Part shown: in pieces, positions 51,807 to 60,491 of the stretch | Layout: every line of letters starts with the position of its first letter | How positions within the stretch are numbered: position 1 is the first letter of the stretch | Assembly (NCBI RefSeq): GCF_004765795.1 | Contig: NZ_SBIV01000001.1 | Span: 620,001-684,000, forward strand | Reading direction: 5' to 3' | From: Halorussus marinus | Lineage (GTDB): Archaea > Halobacteriota > Halobacteria > Halobacteriales > Haladaptataceae | DNA: 64,000 nucleotides | Position numbers and translations under genes: made by a program | The notes under the pieces: generated by a model | Told to the model about the DNA's origin: nothing | Database searches by the model: none | Seen by the model: the letters and a program-made list of their open reading frames with translations, nothing else

Positions 51807-52669
51807 TCGGCCTCACCGCCTCGGATCTGAGCGATGCGCTCGTCGAGTTCGGCGTCGAGTTCGGGCTTGCGCTCCCCGGAGTAGCGGTCGACTCGCGCCG
51901 CGATGGTGAGCTTGCCTGCGAGGGCGCGGGCCGCCGAGCCCCGCTTTCCGGGCCGGGTCCCGCGGACGTACTCGTGGGTGAAGATGACGCCGTGCTTGGG
52001 CGAGGGTGCGTGGCCCCGGAGGTGGGCGAAAAGCGAGTCCTCGGCGCCGAGCACCTGAACCGTCCCCGCGGGCTTCTTCGCGAGCGCGTCGAGTCCGCCG
52101 GCCAGCGAGATCAGCCGTGCGGCGAGCACCGGCCCCGCCATCGCGGCGAGGTTCGGCGCGACCTCGGGCGTCTCGCGCTCGACGAACGCCCGGAGCTCGT
52201 CGGCCTCGTCGGCGAGTCCCGCGACTCGCTGGGCGAGCGAAACCAGTCGCTCGTCGACCGTCGAGTCGGGGTCGCGGCCTGCAAGCTCCCGGGCGTAGTC
52301 GACGCCGGTGGCCGCGTCGGGGTACCGGCTTCCGGCCCACTCTGCGACCCGCTCGGCCAGCTCGTTGGCCCGCTGGTCGAGGTCGTCCATCGCCCGGACG
52401 GCGTGGACGAGTTGCTGGTCGTCGGCCCGTTCGCGCTCCGCCGCGGCCTCGCGGGCGGCGCCGATCGTCGCCTCGCGCAGGCGGGCGTAGTAGTCGGACT
52501 CGTCGTCGGCGAACCCCGATTCGACGGCGAGCGCCGGCCAGTCGGCGGGAGCGTCGGCCCGACCCTCGCGGATTCGGTCGGCGCCGCCCGCGGCGTCCCC
52601 CTCGAACCAGCCGTTCGGGGCCGCGCCGGCTCCGCTACCGCCGGGGTCGCGGTCGGTGTCGTCGGTCAT
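51803..52669 (-). CDS. nop5: NOP5/NOP56 C/D box RNP protein
   Basis: APNLAAM, TVQVLGAE, PKHGVIF, RGSAARALAGKLTIAARVD. Confidence 0.93.
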   Translation of the reverse strand: MTDDTDRDPGGSGAGAAPNGWFEGDAAGGADRIREGRADAPADWPALAVESGFADDESDYYARLREATIGAAREAAAERERADDQQLVHAVRAMDDLDQRANELAERVAEWAGSRYPDAATGVDYARELAGRDPDSTVDERLVSLAQRVAGLADEADELRAFVERETPEVAPNLAAMAGPVLAARLISLAGGLDALAKKPAGTVQVLGAEDSLFAHLRGHAPSPKHGVIFTHEYVRGTRPGKRGSAARALAGKLTIAARVDRYSGERKPELDAELDERIAQIRGGEAE

Positions 52670-52775
52670 ACCCGTTGGTTGCCCGTCGTCGCGTTTAAAC
52701 CCACGCGACTCGGCCGGCGCGCTCGCGGTCGCCCGAACCGAAACCGGAAAGACCACGCGCCCGGAGTTCCAGTCG

Positions 52776-53159
52776 ATGCACGTCGAACTCTTGGGCGGCA
52801 CGGTCGACGTCGACGCGGGGCTAATCGACGCCCCGGACGGAGAGATCCGCGAGCAGGTGGCCGCGTACGCCGCCGGCGACCGCCGGGAGTTCGACCTCCC
52901 GGTCGCGGTCCCCGACGACTTCACGGGCGACGTGATGGCGGCGATGGCCGCGATCCCGTACGGCGAGACCCGAACCTACGGCGACCTCGCGACCGAACTC
53001 GACACCGCGCCGGTCGCGGTCGGGCAGGCTTGTGGCCACAATCCCGTCCCGATCGTAGTCCCGTGTCACCGGGTGGTGAGCGCGGCGTCGCTGGGCGGCT
53101 ACTCCGCGGCGGGCGGGGTCGAACTCAAGGCGCGACTGCTCGCGCTCGAAGCCCGTTAA
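52776..53159 (+). CDS. ogt: O6-methylguanine-DNA methyltransferase
   Basis: IPYGETRTYG, AVGQAC, VPCHRVV. Confidence 0.92.
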   Translation: MHVELLGGTVDVDAGLIDAPDGEIREQVAAYAAGDRREFDLPVAVPDDFTGDVMAAMAAIPYGETRTYGDLATELDTAPVAVGQACGHNPVPIVVPCHRVVSAASLGGYSAAGGVELKARLLALEAR

Positions 53160-53470
53160 TCGGCGCCTCGTCGTCGGCGCTCGACTGTTCGGGATCGACG
53201 GTCGCTTCGGGCCGGAGTCCCTCGTCGTCGGGAGGGTCGCTCGCTGTGAGGACCGCGGTCGAGAAAATGACGGCCCGACCGACGCGCGCCGACGGCCAAA
53301 AAGGCTATGAGAGTGGTGGCACAGGGCTGAACTGCGGTGGCGCCCCACCGCCGGACGATGGCCTGTCGACCCCGCTCGCCGTCCGCGTCTCCTGCTCCCG
53401 GACGCGGGCGGTCGCCCTCCAGCCCTCTACGCCCCACCGTCTCGCTGGCCTCGGCCCGCGGTCCCGTCTC

Positions 53471-53638
53471 TCACTCGAACTTCTCGAACGGCTGTTCGCA
53501 GTCGTTACAGTAGTGCATCGACCGACAGAGCGACGGCCCCTTCGGGTGCTCGCGCTCGGTGTCGGTCGACCCACAGTAGGGACACTCCGCGCCGCCGTCC
53601 GTACCGGTCGTGTCGACGCTCGGATCGAGTCCTCGCAT
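53471..53638 (-). CDS. Stand-alone PaaD-type zinc-ribbon subunit (55 aa)
   Basis: CPYCGS...GPSLCRSMHYCNDCEQPFEKF resembles the C-terminal domain of bacterial PaaD. Confidence 0.8.
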   Translation of the reverse strand: MRGLDPSVDTTGTDGGAECPYCGSTDTEREHPKGPSLCRSMHYCNDCEQPFEKFE

Positions 53639-53640
53639 GG

Positions 53641-54060
53641 TCAGACGCTCAGTCCGAACTCCCGCAGGTCGTCTCGGCCGTCCTCGGTCACCAGTTCGAC
53701 GGACCACTCGGGGCTCCAGACGAGGCGCAGGTCGACCGACTCGACGCCGTCGACGCCACGAACCGCCGCCTCGATCTCGCCGGTCAGCATGTCCCGGGCC
53801 GGACAGCCGGTGTAGGTCAGTGTCATGGTCACCGCCGCGTGTCCGTCCGTCACCTCGACGCCGTAGATCAGTCCGAGGTCGACGATCGACACCGGCATCT
53901 CCGGGTCCTCGACGCCGTAGAGGGCGTCCCACACGCGGGCGGCGACGCCCTCGGCGCCCTCGCCGGTCGCCGGGAGGTCGTCGGGATCGGGGCCGCCCGG
54001 CGAGTAGTCGGTGTGTGCACACGGGGTCGGTTCGCCGGCTGAGTCGGGGTCGCTACGCAT
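53641..54060 (-). CDS. paaD: Phenylacetyl-CoA epoxidase subunit D (DUF59 domain)
   Basis: VEDPEMPVSIVDLG, TYTGCPA, WSPEWS. Confidence 0.9.
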   Translation of the reverse strand: MRSDPDSAGEPTPCAHTDYSPGGPDPDDLPATGEGAEGVAARVWDALYGVEDPEMPVSIVDLGLIYGVEVTDGHAAVTMTLTYTGCPARDMLTGEIEAAVRGVDGVESVDLRLVWSPEWSVELVTEDGRDDLREFGLSV

Positions 54061-54910
54061 CGGCCTCGTCGGGGTCGGGCATGATCTTGTGGGCCTCCTC
54101 GCGGCCCAGCTCGCGGTACGTGCGGGTCATCTCCTCGTGGAGCGCGTCCCAGTCGTCGGTGTGGTCGCCGTCCCGGCCGATCGTCGCGGGCCGGACCGCC
54201 TCGGGATTCTCGCGGACGCCCTCGGGCGGTTCGAGGCCGAGCGACCGGAGGAACGGGATCACGGTGTCGAACCACTGCTCGCGCATCGCCGCCAGCGACT
54301 CGGTCCGGAGCCCGAGGTCCTCGATGGTCTCCTCGTGGTCGCTTGGCTCCCAAAGCGCCAGCGCGTGCGGGAACAGTCGATCGACCGCCGCCTGCAGACG
54401 CTTCAGACTCGCCTCGTCGTCCGCGAGCCGCTCGAGCCAGTTTTGAGCGTGTTCGCGGTGGTACGCCTCCTCGCTCTGAATCTTTCCGACCCGGTCGGCG
54501 ATCCGGGGGTACGAGGCGTCCGCGAGCGCTTCGAGCCGGAGCTGTTCGGCCACGTCGTAGAGATACGATCGGACGACGGCGTCGGCCCAGTCGCCGTCCT
54601 CGAAGGGGAGTTCGGCGAGCGACGCGTGCCGGAAGTCGGCGGGGTCGCGCTCGAAGATGAGGTCGGCCTCGTCGTACCCGAAGTCCCGGAGCAGATCGTA
54701 CCACAGCCGGGCGTGGCCGAGCTCGTCCTGTGCGATGTTCGCCAGCGCGAGGTCGGATTCGAGGGTCGGGGCCCGCACCTGCCACTCGGTGTAGCGCTCG
54801 GCGAGCACGAGTTCGTCGTCGGCGAGCCGGTAGAGCAGGGCCTCGACGGCCGCCCGCTCGTCGTCGGCGAGCTCCGCGGGACCTCCGAGCCGGTCGCTTT
54901 CGGCGGCCAT
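54053..54910 (-). CDS. paaC: Phenylacetyl-CoA epoxidase subunit C
   Basis: APTLESDLALANIAQDELGHAR, EEAYHREH. Confidence 0.93.
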   Translation of the reverse strand: MAAESDRLGGPAELADDERAAVEALLYRLADDELVLAERYTEWQVRAPTLESDLALANIAQDELGHARLWYDLLRDFGYDEADLIFERDPADFRHASLAELPFEDGDWADAVVRSYLYDVAEQLRLEALADASYPRIADRVGKIQSEEAYHREHAQNWLERLADDEASLKRLQAAVDRLFPHALALWEPSDHEETIEDLGLRTESLAAMREQWFDTVIPFLRSLGLEPPEGVRENPEAVRPATIGRDGDHTDDWDALHEEMTRTYRELGREEAHKIMPDPDEADA

Positions 54911-55236
54911 CAGTCGTCACCCCCGGCCGACGCCCGGTCGGCGTCTTCCTGTTCGCTCTCGGACTCGGCGACCTCCTCGGCGAAGGCGGCGTCCAGATCC
55001 TTGTACCCCATCACCCACCGGTAGGACTTGTCGGTCGTCCCGCCGAACGCGGCCTCCTCGGCGTCTACTTCGCCGATCTCGTCTTTCGGGACGACCCAGA
55101 GGCTGTTGGTCGGCTTCCGGCGACCGTGCTGGATCTGGGCGAACAGCTTGGCCATCTCGCGGTCGGGCGCGTGGACGTTCCCGCAGTGGGTGTGGTACTC
55201 GCCGGCGTCCTCCTGTCGGAACACTTCCCAGATCAT
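54910..55236 (-). CDS. paaB: Phenylacetyl-CoA epoxidase subunit B
   Basis: MIWEVFRQ...HCGNVHAPDREMA...SLWVVP...DKSYR. Confidence 0.92.
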   Translation of the reverse strand: MIWEVFRQEDAGEYHTHCGNVHAPDREMAKLFAQIQHGRRKPTNSLWVVPKDEIGEVDAEEAAFGGTTDKSYRWVMGYKDLDAAFAEEVAESESEQEDADRASAGGDD

Positions 55237-55238
55237 GG

Positions 55239-56180
55239 TTAGTCGGCCGCCTGCGGGGCGGTGGTATCCTCGCCGTGCTCCCAGCTTTCGAGGCCCGATC
55301 GGACCCACTCGACGGCCTCCTGGGTGCGCGAGCGCTTGCCGATCTGTTCGTGACTCCCCGGCGCGTCGTTTTTCGCGATCGTGAAGAACTCCTCCCAGTC
55401 GAGGTCGTCTTCGACCACCTCGTAGGTGCCGTCGCCGTTGTCCCTGATCCGGGGCTCGTCGGGGATTTCGAGGCCGTACTTCTGGGCTTTGGGGACGTAG
55501 GCGTTGAGGAACGCGTTCCGGAGCTCGTCGTTGGTCATCGTCTTCAGCCCCACGTCGGCCGAGAAGTCGTGGTGGGTCGACTGGTCGTCGGTCGGACCGA
55601 AAAACTGGATGATCCGGGGCCACCACTGCTCGAAGGCGTCCTGGAGCATCTGCTGTTCTTTCTTCGAGCCGGTCGCGAGCTCGCGCATAACGTCCTCGCC
55701 GTGCTTGACGTGGAACCCCTCCTCGAAACACACCTTGTCCATCGCGTGGGCGTACGGCTCCCAGCTGGTGCGCTTGAGCGTCGCCTGCCGGCGCATCGCC
55801 GCCCCGTCGACGAAAAAGGCGATCATCGGCACCTCGGCCCAGCTCTCCATCGGGTAGTGAAAGCAGTTGAGGAACTTCCCCTCCCCGTTGGCGAGCTCAT
55901 CGAGCATCTCCTCGCGGGACTTGATCCCGAGCGACTCGGCGGCCCGGTACAGCAACTGCCCGTGGCCGATCTCGTCCTGGACCTTCGCGGAGAACGCGAG
56001 CTTCCGGTCGAGGCTGGGCGCCTGCCGGATGAACGGCCGTTCTAAGTACGCCCCCATGATCTCGCTGTTGGCGTGGAACTGGATCATCCGGGTGGCGGCC
56101 TTCCGGTACTCCTCCGGGAGGTCGTCTTTCGGGCTGAATTCGCGCGGCCCGGCGCGCTCTTTGACGGTTTCGACGTCCAT
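55239..56180 (-). CDS. paaA: Phenylacetyl-CoA epoxidase subunit A (di-iron)
   Basis: HANSEIMG, AKVQDEIGHG, VDGAA, EEGFH. Confidence 0.95.
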   Translation of the reverse strand: MDVETVKERAGPREFSPKDDLPEEYRKAATRMIQFHANSEIMGAYLERPFIRQAPSLDRKLAFSAKVQDEIGHGQLLYRAAESLGIKSREEMLDELANGEGKFLNCFHYPMESWAEVPMIAFFVDGAAMRRQATLKRTSWEPYAHAMDKVCFEEGFHVKHGEDVMRELATGSKKEQQMLQDAFEQWWPRIIQFFGPTDDQSTHHDFSADVGLKTMTNDELRNAFLNAYVPKAQKYGLEIPDEPRIRDNGDGTYEVVEDDLDWEEFFTIAKNDAPGSHEQIGKRSRTQEAVEWVRSGLESWEHGEDTTAPQAAD

Positions 56181-56216
56181 ATACCGGAGACTAGTCACCG
56201 ATTCGCATACCAATTG

Positions 56217-56244
56217 ACCCGTCTATAGACTGGGTTTAAATATA
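56217..56244. promoter_or_regulatory. Palindrome plus TATA box between divergent paaA and activator genes
   Basis: ACCC-GTCTATAGAC-T-GGGT directly followed by TTAAATATA. Confidence 0.55.
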
Positions 56245-56283
56245 ACGGCGACGAACGACCGTTATGAATCCGGAGCCACCGCC

Positions 56284-56922
56284 GTGATCGAGGAGTGTCT
56301 GGTCGTGGAGTTCGGCGTCACGGGCGACGACTGCCCGCTCGCGGCGGCCTCCCGCGAGACGGGCGCCACCGTCGACGCCCGACCGCCCCAACTCCGGCGC
56401 GACGACAACGCGTTGCTCCGGTTCAGCGCGGGCGCGAAGGCGGGCGATCTTGCCGCGACTCTCGACGCCGACGACCGCATCCGATATCTCCACGTCTCGC
56501 GGGCCGACGGCCGGACCAACTTCCGGTGTCTCTCGAAACACCCCTGCGTCGTCCACGAGCTCACCGACGCGGGATTCATGGCCGAGAACCTCCAGTACCG
56601 CGGCGGGGCCGAGCGCCACGTCGGCGCGGTCGTGGGCCGAGACGTGCTCGGCGGCGTCCTCGAAGCCGCCGCCGAGACCGTCGGCGTCACCCTCGAGCGA
56701 CTGTTCCCGCTCGGGGGCGAGGACGACACGGCGGTCGCCCAGCGGTGGGATCTGACCCCCGCACAGGAGGCCGCGATCCGGGCCGCGCTCGCGGCGGGCT
56801 ACTTCTCGGTGCCCCGGGGGGCGACCGCCACCGAGGTCGCGGCCGACCTCGGGATCAGCAAGTCGGCGTTCTTAGAGCGACTCCGCCGCGGACAGGCGTC
56901 GCTGTTCGAACAGGTCTTTTGA
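56284..56922 (+). CDS. Bat/HTH_10 family transcriptional regulator
   Basis: LTPAQEAAIRAALAAGYFSVPRGATATEVAADLGISKSAFLERLRRG. Confidence 0.9.
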   Translation: MIEECLVVEFGVTGDDCPLAAASRETGATVDARPPQLRRDDNALLRFSAGAKAGDLAATLDADDRIRYLHVSRADGRTNFRCLSKHPCVVHELTDAGFMAENLQYRGGAERHVGAVVGRDVLGGVLEAAAETVGVTLERLFPLGGEDDTAVAQRWDLTPAQEAAIRAALAAGYFSVPRGATATEVAADLGISKSAFLERLRRGQASLFEQVF

Positions 56923-56968
56923 CGCTACCGATACGCTTTATATCATACCTCAGAGTGGTCCTGACGAC

Positions 56969-57811
56969 ATGCGAGAAACCATTACGATGTGGCGTGACAC
57001 GCGAATGATAATGCTGGTCGCGGTCGTGGCGGCGCTGTTCGCGGCCGTGCTCATCCCGTTCAAGGCGCTGACGATCGTTCCGGGGGTCACCGAGATCAGG
57101 CCCGCGAACGCGATTCCGGTCGCGTTCGGGATCATGTTCGGTCCCGCCGGCGCGTGGGGCGTGGCGATCGGCAACCTCATCGGCGACATCTTCGGCGGCA
57201 CGTTCGGGCCGGGGAGCGCGTTCGGCTTCGCCGGCAACTTCTTTTTCGCGCTCGTCAGCTACAAGCTCTGGGGCAACCTCGCCCCGCTGTCGTCGGGCGA
57301 AGAGCCCACCATGGACTCCGCACGACAGGTCGCCGAACTCTGGGTCATCGCCCTCGCGGGGGCCGCCGTCTGTGCGGCCATCATCGCGTGGGGGCTCGAA
57401 GTGCTGGGCCAGTTCCCGTTCTCGGTGCTCGGTCCGGTCATCGCGCTCAACAACTTCCTCGCGGCCGCGGTGCTTGGCCCGCCCCTCCTGTATCTCACCT
57501 ACCCGCGCGTCAGGGAGATGGGACTACTGTACCCCGACGTGATGGACGCGCCCGCCCTGTCGGACGCCTCTTCCTCGCGGTCGACGCTCGCGGCGTTCGG
57601 GCTCGCGGCGGTCTCGATCGCGTGGCTGGTGATCGGCGTCGGCCTCAGCGTCGGCCTCGGCGGCGGCGCGTTCATCGGGAACACCGCCGAGACGTTCGGT
57701 CAGGGCGGCTCGACGCCACAGATCGCGCTCGGCGCGGTCGCGTTCGTCGCCCTGTTCGGACTGTCGGCGCTGTCGAAGAGCCGGCTCCCGGCGGCGCTGA
57801 GCGCCCGATAG
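56969..57811 (+). CDS. ECF transporter S component, QueT-like
   Basis: AALFAAVLIPFK...EIRPANAIP...FGPAGAWGVAIGNLIGD; multiple TM. Confidence 0.8.
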   Translation: MRETITMWRDTRMIMLVAVVAALFAAVLIPFKALTIVPGVTEIRPANAIPVAFGIMFGPAGAWGVAIGNLIGDIFGGTFGPGSAFGFAGNFFFALVSYKLWGNLAPLSSGEEPTMDSARQVAELWVIALAGAAVCAAIIAWGLEVLGQFPFSVLGPVIALNNFLAAAVLGPPLLYLTYPRVREMGLLYPDVMDAPALSDASSSRSTLAAFGLAAVSIAWLVIGVGLSVGLGGGAFIGNTAETFGQGGSTPQIALGAVAFVALFGLSALSKSRLPAALSAR

Positions 57812-57861
57812 CGGTCCCGGATTGCAAACCCTTACGGCCCTACTCTATGCACTCGACATCA

Positions 57862-59709
57862 ATGACCGAAAGCGCCGAAACGGGCGGCGTCGCCGCCCGA
57901 CTTCGGGACGTGTTGTTCTCTTACGATCGGGACGCCGACCTCGACGACGAGGGCTCGGACGACTCCGTCGACCCCGACTCGCGGGGCGGCGCGGTGTTGC
58001 GCGGGGTCGACCTCGACGTGCCCGCGGGCGAGGTGGTCGTCGTGATGGGCGCGAGCGGCGGCGGGAAGTCGACGTTGTTGCGCACGCTGAACGCGCTCAT
58101 CCCCGGATTCCTCAACGGGGCGTTCGACGGCGACGTCGAGGTGCTCGGCCGGGACGCCACCGCGACCAAGACGAGCGACCTCGCCGAGCAGGTCGGGACC
58201 GTGATGCAGGACTACGAGGCCCAACTGTTCGGCACGAGCGTCGAGGCCGAGGTCGCGTTCGGCCCCGAGAACCTCGCGGTCCCGCCCGAGGAGATCGGGC
58301 CACGCATCGACCGCGCGCTCTCGCAGGCCGGGCTCGGGGACCTCGACCGCCGGCGCGAGCCTGCGGGGCTGTCGGGCGGCCAGAAACAGCGGCTGGTGTT
58401 CGCGAGCGTGCTCGCGATGCGACCCGAACTGCTGGTGCTCGACGAGCCGACCAGCGACCTCGATCCGCTCGGCGCCCGCAACGTCGTCGAGATCGTCCGC
58501 TCGCTGGCCGACGCCAGCGACGGGCCCGAGACGATCGTGCTCGTCACCCACGAGATCGAGGAGGCGTTGCTGGCCGACAGCGCCGTCCTGCTCAAGGACG
58601 GCCGGGTGTTCCGGCAGGGCCCGACCGAGTCGGTGTTCACAGACGTCGCGGCGCTCCGGGAGAGCCGGGTCGAGCTCCCGCCGGTCGTCGACGCGTTCGA
58701 CCGGCTCGGCTGGGACCGCGAGCAGTTGCCCGTGACGGTGGCGGAGGCGGCCGACCGCGTCGAACAGAGCGACCTGACGTGGGAGCCGCCCGAACCGACC
58801 GCGCCGGCGCCCGCGGGCTCGGGCGGCGACCCCGGCGAGGTCCGGTTCGCGGTCGAGGGCGCCCGGTACAGCTACGACACCGACAGGGGCCCGGTCACCG
58901 CCGTCGACGGCGTCGACCTCGAAATCCGAGCCGGCGAGGTCGTCGCGATCGTCGGGCACAACGGCAGCGGCAAGACCACGCTCGCCAAGCAACTCAACGG
59001 GCTGTTCGATCCCGACGACGGGCGGGTGTCGTGGCGGGGTCGGGACGTTCGGGAGTACGACGCGGGCGAGATCGGCCGCGAGGTCGGCTTCGTGTTCCAG
59101 AACCCCGACCACCAGATCTTCGAGGACACCGTCCGCGACGAGGTGGCGTTCGGGCCGAAGAACTTCGGCATCGAGGGCGAGGAGCTAGACGCCCGGGTCG
59201 CCGACGCGATCGAGACCGTCGACCTCGGGTCGCTGGCCGACGCCGACCCGTTCGCCCTCTCGAAGGGCCAGCGCCAGCGCGTGGCGCTCGCGAGCATCCT
59301 CGCGACTCGGCCGTCCGCCATCGTCTTCGACGAGCCGACGACCGGCCTCGACGCCGAACAGCAGGTGGCGTTCATGGACCTCGTCGCCCGGCTCAACCGC
59401 GAGGAGGGGCTGACCGTGGTGATGGTCACCCACGATATGGGGTCGGTGGCCCGGTACGCGCCCCGGACGGTGGTCATGGCCGACGGCCGGAAGGTGGCCG
59501 ACCGATCGACGCGCGAGCTGTTCGCGGACCCCGAGGCGCTCGATCGCTGGCAACTCGACGCCCCCCAGCCGGTCGCGCTCTCGAACGAGCTGGCGGCCCG
59601 CGCGGGCCGCGAGGACGCCCTGCCCGCGCTCACGGTCGAGGAGGTGGTCGCGGGTCTCGGGGGCGAGCCGGCCGCCGACGACCCGGTCCGGGGAGGGGTG
59701 AACCGATGA
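57862..59709 (+). CDS. ECF transporter fused double ATPase
   Basis: GASGGGKST and LSGGQKQR; GHNGSGKTT and LSKGQRQR; FQNPDHQ; alternative start 57847. Confidence 0.92.
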   Translation: MTESAETGGVAARLRDVLFSYDRDADLDDEGSDDSVDPDSRGGAVLRGVDLDVPAGEVVVVMGASGGGKSTLLRTLNALIPGFLNGAFDGDVEVLGRDATATKTSDLAEQVGTVMQDYEAQLFGTSVEAEVAFGPENLAVPPEEIGPRIDRALSQAGLGDLDRRREPAGLSGGQKQRLVFASVLAMRPELLVLDEPTSDLDPLGARNVVEIVRSLADASDGPETIVLVTHEIEEALLADSAVLLKDGRVFRQGPTESVFTDVAALRESRVELPPVVDAFDRLGWDREQLPVTVAEAADRVEQSDLTWEPPEPTAPAPAGSGGDPGEVRFAVEGARYSYDTDRGPVTAVDGVDLEIRAGEVVAIVGHNGSGKTTLAKQLNGLFDPDDGRVSWRGRDVREYDAGEIGREVGFVFQNPDHQIFEDTVRDEVAFGPKNFGIEGEELDARVADAIETVDLGSLADADPFALSKGQRQRVALASILATRPSAIVFDEPTTGLDAEQQVAFMDLVARLNREEGLTVVMVTHDMGSVARYAPRTVVMADGRKVADRSTRELFADPEALDRWQLDAPQPVALSNELAARAGREDALPALTVEEVVAGLGGEPAADDPVRGGVNR

Positions 59710-60491
59710 GCGCCGCGCCGACGCTGTACGTCGACCGGGACACGTTCGTCCACCGGCTCGATCCCCGAGCGAAGCTGGCGATGGTCCTCGCGCTGTTCGT
59801 CGCCGCGTACATGTTCGAACACCCGCTGGCGGTGGCGACGCCGCTGGCGGTCGCGCTCGGCGTGCTCGCGCTGACCGGCGGGCTCCGAAAGCTCGGCCGG
59901 ATCAAGGTCGTCATCACCGCGCTGTTCCTCGCGGGCTTTCTCGTCTGGCCCGCCTACGCGCCGGCGCGCGGTCCGGTGGTGGTGTCGACGCCGGTGTTCG
60001 ACCTGACCGAGTACGAGTTGCTGTTCGCGCTTGGCCGGAGCGAGCGCATCGTGGCGTTCATCGTCAGCGGCTTCGCGTTCATCACCACCACCTCGAACGA
60101 GGAGATCGTCTCGGGGCTCCGGGGCCTCGGCGTGCCCTACGCCTTCTGCTTCGCGCTCGGGACCGCCCTCCGGCTGTTCCCGACGTTCCTCGGCGCGACC
60201 GGGACGGTCAAGCAGGCCCAGGAGGCCCGCGGACTCGACCTCTCGGCGGGCGGGCCGCTCCAGCGGATGCGCAACTACATCCCCCTGCTGATCCCGGTGT
60301 TGATGACGGCGGTCAGAAACGTCAACTCCCAGTCGATGGCGCTGGAGGCTCGCGGGTTCGACACCGACCGCGAGCGGACCTTCTACGACCGCCGGACGTT
60401 CCGGGCCGCCGACTGGGGTGTGACCGCGCTGGCGGTCGGGGTCGTCGTCGGCGTGATCGGGCTGTGGTGGCTCGGCGTCGGCCAGCTCTAG
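59706..60491 (+). CDS. ECF transporter T component
   Basis: HRLDPRAKL, LRLFP, AQEARG and ALEARGF Arg motifs. Confidence 0.92.
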   Translation: MSAAPTLYVDRDTFVHRLDPRAKLAMVLALFVAAYMFEHPLAVATPLAVALGVLALTGGLRKLGRIKVVITALFLAGFLVWPAYAPARGPVVVSTPVFDLTEYELLFALGRSERIVAFIVSGFAFITTTSNEEIVSGLRGLGVPYAFCFALGTALRLFPTFLGATGTVKQAQEARGLDLSAGGPLQRMRNYIPLLIPVLMTAVRNVNSQSMALEARGFDTDRERTFYDRRTFRAADWGVTALAVGVVVGVIGLWWLGVGQL

